Source of the DNA: an uncultured Chloroflexia bacterium
Lineage (GTDB): Bacteria; Chloroflexota; Limnocylindria; Limnocylindrales; CSP1-4
Direction: 5' to 3'
DNA length: 64,000 nucleotides
NCBI GenBank assembly: GCA_963768655.1
Contig: CAVYIM010000004.1
Location: 160,001 to 224,000 of the forward strand
Shown piece by piece: positions 19,105 to 30,200 of this stretch. The notes under the pieces were generated by a model. The model had not been told where the DNA came from and searched no databases. It saw only the letters and a program-made list of their open reading frames with translations. Within the stretch, counting starts at the first letter, position 1. Every line of letters begins with the position of its first letter. A program made the translations under genes and the position numbers.

Positions 19105-20565
19105 TCAGTTGGCCTCCACGGCCGCGGACCGCGAGACGGCCCCGGGCTTCGCCGCGACGCCCGGGAGCGTCCGCGGATCGGTGATGACGCCGGTGACGGC
19201 GCTGGCGGCGGCGGTCAGCGGTGAGGCGAGGAACGAGCGGCCGCCCTTGCCCTGGCGCCCCTGGAAGTTGCGGTTCGAGGTGCTGATGCCGTACTCGCCG
19301 GGCTCGAGCTGGTCGCCGTTCATGGCGATGCACATCGAGCAGCCCGACTCGCGCCACTCCGCGCCGGCCGAGCGGAAGACCTCGTCGAGGCCCTCGCTCT
19401 CGGCCTGGGCCTTGACCTGCTGGCTGCCAGGGACGACCAGGACGCGCAGGCCGTCGGCCACGTGGCGGCCGCGCAGGACCGAAGCCGCGGCGCGCATGTC
19501 CTCGATCCGGCCGTTGGTGCACGAGCCGATGAACACGACGTCGAGCTTCTGGCCGGCGATCGACTTGCCTGCCTGGAGGCCCATGTAGGCGAGCGCACGC
19601 TCGAGGTCGTCTCGGGCGCCCGGCTCGACGTCGGCCGGTCCGGGAATCCGGCCGGTCACCGGCACGCCCATGCCGGGGTTCGTGCCGTAGGTGACCATCG
19701 GCTCGAGCCTGTCGCCGTCGATGACGATCGTTCGGTCGTAGGTCGCGCCGTCGTCGGTCGGCAGCTTGCGCCAGCGGGCGACGGCCTCGTCCCAGGCCGC
19801 TCCCTTCGGGACGAACCTGCGGCCCTTCAGGTAAGCGAACGTTGTCTCGTCCGGGGCGACGAGCCCGGCTCGGGCGCCGCCCTCGATCGACATGTTGCAG
19901 ACGGTCATCCGCTCTTCCATCGACAGGGCGCGGATGGCGCTCCCGGTGTACTCGAAAACGTGGCCGGTTCCGCCGCCGATCCCGATGCGGGCGATCAGGG
20001 CGAGGATGATGTCCTTGGCGCCGACGCCGGGCGCCAGCCGTCCGGTCACCTCGACCTTGAAGGTCTTCGGCTTGCGCTGCAGCAGCGTCTGCGTAGCCAG
20101 GACCATCTCGATCTCGCTCGTCCCGATGCCGAACGCCAGTGCCCCGAAGGCGCCGTGCGTGGCGGTGTGGGAGTCGCCGCAGACGATGGTCATGCCCGGC
20201 TGCGTCAGGCCGAGCTCCGGTCCGATCACGTGCACGATGCCGCGCGTCGGGCTGCCCTTGCCGTGGAACGGGATGCCGAACTCGCGGCAGTTCTCCTCGA
20301 TCTGGGCAAGCTGCTTGCGGGCCAGCTCGTCGGCGATCGGCAGCGACGGGTCCAGCGTCGGGATCGAATGGTCAGCGGTGGCGACGGTCTGGCCGGGCTT
20401 TCGAACCTTCAGGCCGCGCTCGCGCAGGCCGGTGAATGCCTGCGGGCTGGTGACCTCGTGGACGAGGTGTAGATCGATCGCGAGGATTGCCGGCGCGCCG
20501 GGGTCGGACGCCACCACGTGGTCGTCCCAGATCTTCTCCAGGATGGTGCGCGGTTTCTCAGCCAT
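19105..20565 (-). CDS. leuC: 3-isopropylmalate dehydratase large subunit
   Basis: Start [16 protein letters not shown] at 20565; [50 protein letters not shown]. Confidence 0.96.
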   Translation of the reverse strand: MAEKPRTILEKIWDDHVVASDPGAPAILAIDLHLVHEVTSPQAFTGLRERGLKVRKPGQTVATADHSIPTLDPSLPIADELARKQLAQIEENCREFGIPFHGKGSPTRGIVHVIGPELGLTQPGMTIVCGDSHTATHGAFGALAFGIGTSEIEMVLATQTLLQRKPKTFKVEVTGRLAPGVGAKDIILALIARIGIGGGTGHVFEYTGSAIRALSMEERMTVCNMSIEGGARAGLVAPDETTFAYLKGRRFVPKGAAWDEAVARWRKLPTDDGATYDRTIVIDGDRLEPMVTYGTNPGMGVPVTGRIPGPADVEPGARDDLERALAYMGLQAGKSIAGQKLDVVFIGSCTNGRIEDMRAAASVLRGRHVADGLRVLVVPGSQQVKAQAESEGLDEVFRSAGAEWRESGCSMCIAMNGDQLEPGEYGISTSNRNFQGRQGKGGRSFLASPLTAAASAVTGVITDPRTLPGVAAKPGAVSRSAAVEAN

Positions 20566-20660
20566 GTTTCCACTCGCGTTCGATTGTCCCGCCTCACAGC
20601 GGACGGGGGTCATCGAATGTACCAGACGAACGCAAACGGGGGCCGACTCGTGGGTCACGC

Positions 20661-20773
20661 GAGCCACCCGAATGCCTGAGCCACGCGAATGCCCGAGCCA
20701 CCCGAATGCCTGAGCCACCCGAATGCCTGGCCCCCCGAATGCCTGAGCCACGCGAATGCCCGAGCCACGCGAA
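20661..20773. repeat. 17-bp tandem repeat (GAGCCAC[C/G]CGAATGCC[T/C]), ~6.7 copies
   Basis: Units start at 20661, 20678, 20695, 20712, 20729 (degenerate 16-nt copy), 20745 and 20762 (partial). There are no spacers. Confidence 0.9.
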
Positions 20774-20775
20774 GC

Positions 20776-20972
20776 TCCTCAACACGCATGGAGTGAGTAG
20801 TAAGTTGGGCTGCCGGCCCGACTCCGGCACACCGAGAGCCCCGGTCGGCATCGGTTAGCCGTAAGTGGCTGACGACGGTCCATCAGGAGCCGAATCCGCA
20901 CCGCCGATTGGCCTCTCATGGACCGGCGGCCTCGCCGGCCGCACTTTGCACTCACCCCATGCGTGATGAGGA
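20776..20972. repeat. ~200-bp element bounded by 23-bp imperfect inverted repeats
   Basis: TCCTCAACACGCATGGAGTGAGT (20776-20798) versus the reverse complement of 20950-20972 (TCCTCATCACGCATGGGGTGAGT): 21/23 identical. Confidence 0.75.
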
Positions 20973-21293
20973 ATTCCCGGTCGGGTGGGGCCAATCCCGG
21001 CTAGATCCTGGGCGCTCCCCTCGGCGCCCGCGCCGCTCGCCCGCCCCGGCGCCTGCCCCGGCGCGCTCCCCTCGGCCGCAGCGCCGGCCGCTATTCCAGC
21101 GCCGCCCGCAGGCGGAGCAGCGGGGCGACCGCGAGGGCCTGCGCAAGGCGCCGTTCGTGGCGTCCGCGCACCGCCTCGGGGTGCCCGGTGACGTTCGGCA
21201 CTGGCCCGCTACTGCATTTGCCTGAGACGCTTCCGCTGCGAGGCCGCCGCGCGGGGTAGCCGTGCTCTGGGCCGCGCCCGGAGGAGGCGTGAG

Positions 21294-24200
21294 GTGTTGG
21301 CGAGACGTCCCGCCCTTGCTGTAGCGGCGGCCGTGCTGCTTCTTGGTGGCCTGCCGCTTTCGGGAATCGTGCCCTCACGGGTGCTGGCAGGCGCCTCCAC
21401 GACGCCCGTTTCGCGGTCAATAGATGGGATGGAGGATTCAGGCCAGCCCTCGTCCTCGTCCACCCACGACGTTTCGCTGTCCACGCCCTGGACCGTCTTC
21501 GACACGGACGTGGACGTCGTCGGCGGGAATCTGTCCTTCGCCCAGCAGGACCTCACGATCCCCTCGATCGGCTTTGCCACCACCGTCGCCCGGACCTACA
21601 ACAGCGCGGCGGCGAACGTGAACGGACCCTTCGGCTACGGCTGGTTCTGGACCTACGGGCTCAGCGTCGCGGCGGCCTCGGGTGGCGTCGATGTGGCTCG
21701 GGCAGACGGCCGCGTCGACTTCTACGCCAGCAACTCCTCGGGCTACACGCCCCCGGCGGGCATATACGACACCCTCGCGGACACCGCGGGCGGCGGTTGG
21801 ACTCTCACCCTGGTCGACCAGATGGTCTACACCTTCGCCGCGGACGGCAGCCTCACGAGTGAGTCCGACCCCAACGGCAACACAGCCACCCTCGCCTACA
21901 CCAACGGGCTTGTCTCGAGCCTGACCGACACCGCCGGCCGGACCTGGACCTTCATCGCCGCTCCCGACGGCGTCCACGTCGGCGAAGTCGACGACCCGGC
22001 CGGACGCAAGGTCGACTACTCCTACAGCACCGCCGGCGATCTGGTCGGCGTGACCGATGCCACAGGCGCGTCCGAGACGCTCGCCTATGTGAGCCACGAT
22101 CTCACGAGCCTGACCGACGCGAACGGCAACGCGACTACCTACGTCTACAACTCGGGCGGCAGCGTCGCCTCAGTGACCGACGCCCTCTCGCACGCCACGT
22201 CCTTTGCCTACAACCCCGGTTCGCTGCGCACGACCGTCACCGATCCGCGCGGCAACAGCCACTCCTACAGCTACGATCCGACGTCGCGAGTCACCGTCCT
22301 GACCGACGCCCTGGGCGCGTCGGAGTACTGGACCTGGGACAGTTCGAACGATCGCATCTCGGTCATGGATAGGCGCGCCGACGTGACCTCGTATGCGTAC
22401 GATGCCGCGGGCAACATCACCGGCGTGACCGATGCGAACGGCGGCACCGCGAGCGCCGCCTACGACGCGGACAACCACCCGCTTTCACGCACCGATGCCC
22501 TGGGCCGGACCACCACTTACGGCTACGACGGCAACGGGAACCTGACCTCGATCACCGATCCGAACAGCGGCGTGACGGCTTACGGCTACGACAGCTACGG
22601 CGAGCGCACCTCCTCCACCGACGCCGATCACAACACGACCACCTACGGCTACGACGCGGTGGGCAACCTCACCTCGGTCAGCGATGCCCTCAGCGAAACG
22701 ACCACCTACGAGTACGACAGCGCCGGGCGGCAGACACGCATCACCGACCCTGACGGCCGCATCACGCGCTTCACCTACGACGCGCTCGGACGCGAGCTAT
22801 CGACCACGGACGGCGCGGGCGGCGTCACCAGCTGGACCTACGACGCGGTTGGCAACCGCCTGACCCAGCGCGATCCGGACGGCAACGTCACCCACTTCGC
22901 CTACGACGCCGCGAACCACCTGATCAGCACGACCGACGCCCTGGGCCATATCACTACGCTCGGCTACGACGCCAACGGCAACCGCACCTCGGCGGCCGAT
23001 CCTCTGGGCGATACCACGACCACGCAGTACGACCTCGACAACCGGGCCACCAAGGTCATCGACCCCAACAGCCACGCGACCACAACCGCCTACGACGCGG
23101 TCGGCAACCGGGCCTCGGTCACCGACGCCAACGGCCACATCACTTCGTTCACGTACGACCGACTCAACCGCCTGGTGGGCGTCACCGATCCTGCGGGCGG
23201 ACACGCCGCCTACACCTACGACGCTGTCGGGAACATGACGAACGTGACCGATCCCAACGGCCACACGACCACGACCACATATGACGTCCTGAACCGCGCG
23301 GTGTCGGAGATCGACCCGCTCACACACGTGCAGTCGAGCACGTACGACGCGGTGGGCAATCTACTGACCCAGACCGACGCCAACGGCGTCACCACCAGCT
23401 ACGCCTACGACGCGGCGAACCGGCTGCTCAGCGCGACCTACGCCGAAGGCGGGGTCAGCTACACGTACGACGGGGCGGGGGATCAGGTAAGTGTCACCGA
23501 CGCCGGAGGCACGACGAGTTACACATACGACGGCGCGCGACGGCTGCTCACCAACACGTCGAACGCCGGCACGGTGTCCGCGACCACCGTGACCTACACG
23601 TACGACGCCGCAGGCAACCTGAAGTCGCTGCAGAACCCCGACGGCACGACCACCCACTACGGCTACGACGCCGACAACCGTCAGGCCTCGGTAACCGACT
23701 CCAACGGACACGTCAGCTCGTTCGGCTACGACAACGCCGGCCGGCGCATCACCGAGGATCTGCCCAACGGCACCCATGGCGTCTGGGCCTACGACGCCGC
23801 CTCGCAGGTCACTTCGATCACCTGGACCGGCCCCGCGAGCCAGACCCTCTCCACGATCAAGTACAGCTACGACCCCGTCGGCAACAAGACCGAGATCGAC
23901 GACAACAGCGGCAAGAACGGCTTCAGCTATGACGCGCTCGACCGGCTGGTCTCGGCCTCGTACGGCGGCCGCGGCGTCAACGTCACCTACGCCTACGACC
24001 CAGCTGGCAACCGGACGTCGATGACGGTCAGCGGTATCACCACGACCTACACGTACGATGCCGCCAACCGCCTGCTCAGCGTGAACGGGAGCCAGGTCAC
24101 CTCCGACGGCAACGGGAACGTGCTGGTCCTCGGCAGCCAGAGCTTCGCCTACGACTCACGCAACCGCCTCGTGGAGGCAGTGACCGGGTCGGTGACCGAG

Positions 24201-27200
24201 CACTTCGCCTATGACGGCGCCGATCAGCGCGCGAGTACCTCGGTCAACGGCGCGGCGACCAGCTACGCCTACGACGAGCATGGCCAGCTGGCCCAGGTCG
24301 TCACCGAGTCGGGCTCGGCCGCCAGTCATGTCTATGGCCTCGATGGTCAGGTCCTTTGGGATGTCTCGAGCGACCAGGGCACGACCTACTACCAGCAGGA
24401 CGCGATGGGCTCGACGACCATGCTCACCGCGGCGGACGGCTCGGTGAGTGGAACGCGTTACTACGACGCCTTCGGCTCGCCGGTCTCGGCGCAGGTTGGT
24501 TCGGGTTCCTATTGGTATGACGGCCAGCAGTACGACGAGAACAGCGGCCTGATCTACCTCCGTGCCCGTTACTACGACGCCGCCCTCGGCCGCTTCCTCT
24601 CGCCCGACACGGCCACGCCTGACTACGCCGACACGCAGTCGCTGAACCAGTACGTCTTCGCCCAGAACAACCCTCTGCGGTTCGAGGACCCGAGCGGGAA
24701 GTTCCTGCAAGTGCTGCTGGGCGCTGCGATCGGAGCGGCAGTCGGCGCTACTGCGGACGTAGGCATGACCTTGCTCACCGATTATGTCTCCAACGGCGGG
24801 CATTTCTCCGATGACCTCGGCGCGAAGGTAGCTGGCGCGGCCGTGTCGGGCGCCATCGAGGGCGGCATCGACGTTGGCCTCGCGACGGCGACTGGCGGAG
24901 CATCCCTTGTCGCCGGTAGCCTCGGGAGCGGCGTGGCAGACGCGGCGGGTTACGCGACAACCGCGGCGCTGGACGAGTACTTCTACCACAAGCCCACTAC
25001 AACATCTGATCTAGTGACCGGCATTGCTGTGCATGGAGTCTTGGGGATGGCCGAAGGTGGCCTATCGCAGGGCATTGCCGATCGCCTCGTCCCAAATACC
25101 TCATCTGTCCTGAACTCGTTGGTGTCGGGCACGGTAAGCGGCCTGTTCGAGGGCGTCGAGGGCTATTTCGAGAACCCGACCGCCTTGGCTCCCGGTGAGC
25201 TCGCCAGCCCCGCTGGCGGACAGTGGCGCGGCTTCGGCGCGGGCGGTGGTGGCGCTGCATGGGGTAGCGGTGGCGTCAGCGGAGGCGGCGGTGCCTACGT
25301 GCCAGCCACTTTCAGTCCCACGCCGCCCACGATGCCGGAGCCGAGCGGGCCGGTTGTGCTGGTGTGCGATGGAGCCAATTTCTCGCCCAGCTGCGTCGAC
25401 CTTGCCCCCGGGGCGTACGCGGACCTGTCCGTGTTCGGGATGGACAAGCGGATCACGTCCTTCCGGGCCTCCGGCTACCAGGTCACGCTCTTCGATCAGC
25501 TCAATTTCGGGGGCAACGCCACCTACTACAGCGGCGACGTGGCCCAGCTGGCAGCTGGCCTGGACAACACGGCCCGCTCAATCCGAATTCTGCCGGTCGC
25601 CTCCGGCTCCTGGTCGCAGGTGACTCCGTCCGGTTTGATTCCTCTCGCCCGCTACGGTGGCGTCTCGGTCTGGGATCCCACCGACAAGGTCCAGCTCGTC
25701 TTCGGCGGCAATGGCTCTGGTATCGGCTTCCTCAACGACATGTGGGCCTACAGCCCGGCGGCCAGCACCTGGAGCCAGCTCCTGCCCGCCTCCGGGTCGC
25801 CGACGACGAGCTTCGGCTATTACGCCCGTGGCGCCTGGGATAGCGCCGATGGCGAGCTGCTCCTGTGGGGCAATGACTGCACCTCTACGTGCGTGAGCCA
25901 GCTCTGGAGCTTCGTGCCGAGCACCCGGATCTGGACCAAGTTGAGCCCCACCGGCACCGCGCCCGGAGCGGGCTATCCCGTCGTCTGGGATACGGTGGGC
26001 AAGCGGCTCCTCGTCGTCGACTCTTCGGGCAACGTCACCGCCTACAGCCCCACCACCAATGCCTGGGCGGCGCTCACCACCGGGACGACAAAGCCGTCGA
26101 ACAACTTGGGTGTGGCCTGGGATAGCACCGATGGGATCGTGCTCCAGTTCGGTGGCGGCAGGAGCTGCAACAATGGCAACTGCAACGATCTATGGGCCTA
26201 CTCGCCGGTCGCGGGCACCTGGACCCAGCTGACCGCGACCAACCCGCCTGGCCTGCGATCCAACGAGCAGCTCGTCTGGGACAGCGTCCACAACCAGTTG
26301 CTCGTCGTCGACGGCAGCAGCTACATCAACGGCATCTCGACCTACTACGACGACGTCTGGGCCTACAGCGTGGCCCAGAGCCGCTGGCAGCAGCTCACCG
26401 TCAGTGGCACGCATCCTGCGGCACGGTGGTATGCCGATCTAGTCTTCGATCCCACCGACGACATCGCTCTTCTCTTTGGCGGCTCCAGCTCCACGACCAG
26501 CTTCCTTGGCGATCTGTCGGCCTATCAGCCAACGGCTCTTACTCTGCCGACCGGGCCGATCTCGGGCGCTCCAAACGCCTGGAGCCCTGCTCCAACCATT
26601 ACCAGCCCTCTCGCCCGCTACGGTGGCGTCTCGGTCTGGGATCCCACCGACAAGGTCCAGCTCGTCTTCGGCGGCAATGGCTCTGGTATCGGCTTCCTCA
26701 ACGACATGTGGGCCTACAGCCCGGCGGCCAGCACCTGGAGCCAGCTCCTGCCCGCCTCCGGGTCGCCGACGACGAGCTTCGGCTATTACGCCCGTGGCGC
26801 CTGGGATAGCGCCGATGGCGAGCTGCTCCTGTGGGGCAATGACTGCACCTCTACGTGCGTGAGCCAGCTCTGGAGCTTCGTGCCGAGCACCCGGATCTGG
26901 ACCAAGTTGAGCCCCACCGGCACCGCGCCCGGAGCGGGCTATCCCGTCGTCTGGGATACGGTGGGCAAGCGGCTCCTCGTCGTCGACTCTTCGGGCAACG
27001 TCACCGCCTACAGCCCCACCACCAATGCCTGGGCGGCGCTCACCACCGGGACGACAAAGCCGTCGAACAACTTGGGTGTGGCCTGGGATAGCACCGATGG
27101 GATCGTGCTCCAGTTCGGTGGCGGCAGGAGCTGCAACAATGGCAACTGCAACGATCTATGGGCCTACTCGCCGGTCGCGGGCACCTGGACCCAGCTGACC

Positions 27201-30200
27201 GCGACCAACCCGCCTGGCCTGCGATCCAACGAGCAGCTCGTCTGGGACAGCGTCCACAACCAGTTGCTCGTCGTCGACGGCAGCAGCTACATCAACGGCA
27301 TCTCGACCTACTACGACGACGTCTGGGCCTACAGCGTGGCCCAGAGCCGCTGGCAGCAGCTCACCGTCAGTGGCACGCATCCTGCGGCACGGTGGTATGC
27401 CGATCTAGTCTTCGATCCCACCGACGACATCGCTCTTCTCTTTGGCGGCTCCAGCTCCACGACCAGCTTCCTTGGCGATCTGTCGGCCTATCAGCCAACG
27501 GCTCTTACTCTGCCGACCGGGCCGATCTCGGGCGCTCCAAACGCCTGGAGCCCTGCTCCAACCATTACCAGCCCTCTCGCCCGCTACGGTGGCGTCTCGG
27601 TCTGGGATCCCACCGACAAGGTCCAGCTCGTCTTCGGCGGCAATGGCTCTGGTATCGGCTTCCTCAACGACATGTGGGCCTACAGCCCGGCGGCCAGCAC
27701 CTGGAGCCAGCTCCTGCCCGCCTCCGGGTCGCCGACGACGAGCTTCGGCTATTACGCCCGTGGCGCCTGGGATAGCGCCGATGGCGAGCTGCTCCTGTGG
27801 GGCAATGACTGCACCTCTACGTGCGTGAGCCAGCTCTGGAGCTTCGTGCCGAGCACCCGGATCTGGACCAAGTTGAGCCCCACCGGCACCGCGCCCGGAG
27901 CGGGCTATCCCGTCGTCTGGGATACGGTGGGCAAGCGGCTCCTCGTCGTCGACTCTTCGGGCAACGTCACCGCCTACAGCCCCACCACCAATGCCTGGGC
28001 GGCGCTCACCACCGGGACGACAAAGCCGTCGAACAACTTGGGTGTGGCCTGGGATAGCACCGATGGGATCGTGCTCCAGTTCGGTGGCGGCAGGAGCTGC
28101 AACAATGGCAACTGCAACGATCTATGGGCCTACTCGCCGGTCGCGGGCACCTGGACCCAGCTGACCGCGACCAACCCGCCTGGCCTGCGATCCAACGAGC
28201 AGCTCGTCTGGGACAGCGTCCACAACCAGTTGCTCGTCGTCGACGGCAGCAGCTACATCAACGGCATCTCGACCTACTACGACGACGTCTGGGCCTACAG
28301 CGTGGCCCAGAGCCGCTGGCAGCAGCTCACCGTCAGTGGCACGCATCCTGCGGCACGGTGGTATGCCGATCTAGTCTTCGATCCCACCGACGACATCGCT
28401 CTTCTCTTTGGCGGCTCCAGCTCCACGACCAGCTTCCTTGGCGATCTGTCGGCCTATCAGCCAGTCGGCATGCCTGGAGCACCGAGCGGAGTCGTCGCCA
28501 CGCGCGGCAACACCACCGCGAGCATCTCCTGGGTGGCGCCGGTCTGGACAGGCGGGACTCCGATTACCGGCTACACGGTTACGAGCGCTCCTGCCGGCTT
28601 GACCTGCACCACCACCGGGGCGACCACCTGCACCGTCTCCGGCCTTTCCAACGGCACCTCCTACACGTTCACCGTCACGGCGACCAACCTGATGGGGACC
28701 GGTCCCGCCTCAGCGCCGTCCGCGGCAGTCATACCGGCCACACTGCCGGCCGCGCCGACGGGTGCGACCGCGCAGCGTGGGAACGCCTCCGCCCTTGTCA
28801 GCTGGACCGCGCCGTCGAGCACCGGCGGGATCCCGATCACCGGGTACACCGCTACCAGCTATCCGGGCGGGCTGACGTGCGCGACGACCGGCGCGACCTC
28901 GTGCACCGTCTCCGGCCTGACGAACGGCACTTCGTACGCGTTCACCGTCGCAGCCACCAATGACGTCGGGACTGGGCCGGCGTCGGCGGCCTCTTCGCCT
29001 GTCATTCCGGCTGCCCTGCCCGGACCTCCGACCGGAGTCGCCGCCACGAGCGGACCGACATCGGCCAGCGTGATGTGGACGGCGCCGGCGGTCACGGGCG
29101 GCAGCCCGATAACCGGCTACACCGTCACGAGCTTGCCCGGGGCAAAGACCTGCACAACGACCGGCGCGAAGACGTGCACCGTGACCGGCCTCACCAACGG
29201 CACCGCCTACACGTTCACAGTCACGGCGACGAACCTCGTGGGCACCGGCCTGCCGTCGGCGCCTTCGGCGGCCGTTACGCCGCTTGGGCCACCGGCGGCC
29301 CCGACGGGCGCTACCGCCACTCGAGGCAACGCTTCGGCCGTTGTCTTCTGGACGGCACCCAGCGACAACGGCGCGAGCCCGATTACCGGCTACACGGTGA
29401 CGAGCTCTCCGGACAGCCAGACCTGCACCTGGACGAGCGGACCGCTCTCCTGCACCGTGATGGGCCTGACCAACGGCACGGCCTACACGTTCACCGTCAC
29501 TGCAACCAACAGCGTTGGGACCGGCCCGGCTTCGAGCCCGTCCGCCGCCGTGACGCCTGCCACGACGCCCGACCCGCCCAGCGGAGTCACCGGTACCCGG
29601 GGTAACACCTCGGTGCTCGTGTCGTGGACTGCGCCGTACAGCGGCGGCAGCCCGATCACGGGGTACACCGTTACGAGCTCTCCATACTCCCAGAACTGCA
29701 CCAGTACCGGTGCCACGATGTGCACCGTGACCGGTCTGACCAACGGTCAGGCTTACACGTTCACCGTAACCGCCACCAACGCGGTTGGGACCGGGCCGGC
29801 GTCCGCCTCCTCAGATCCAGTCACACCCGCAACCCTTCCTGGCGCGCCCAGCGGAGTCATCGTCGCCCCCGCCGATGCTGCGGTTACGGCGTGGTGGACC
29901 GCCCCATCGAGCGACGGCGCGAGCCCCATCACGGGCTACACGGTCACGAGCTCGCCTGGCGGCCTGACGTGCACCACGACGGGCGACCTCACCTGCACCG
30001 TGACCGGCCTGACCAACGGTCAGCCGTACACCTTCACCGTCACGGCCACGAACGACGTCGGGGTCGGGCCTGCATCGGCAGCGTCGCTGGCGGTGACTCC
30101 CGTCACGGTCCCAGACGTCCCGACCGGCGTGGCGGCAACTCGTGGCAACGGCGAAGTCCTCGTGTCGTGGACCGCCCCGGCCGATACGGGCGGCCTGCCG

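Noticed and set aside
20661-20773. Possible CRISPR array
   Set aside because: Units are 17 bp, head-to-tail, with no unique spacers, and there are no cas genes in the window.
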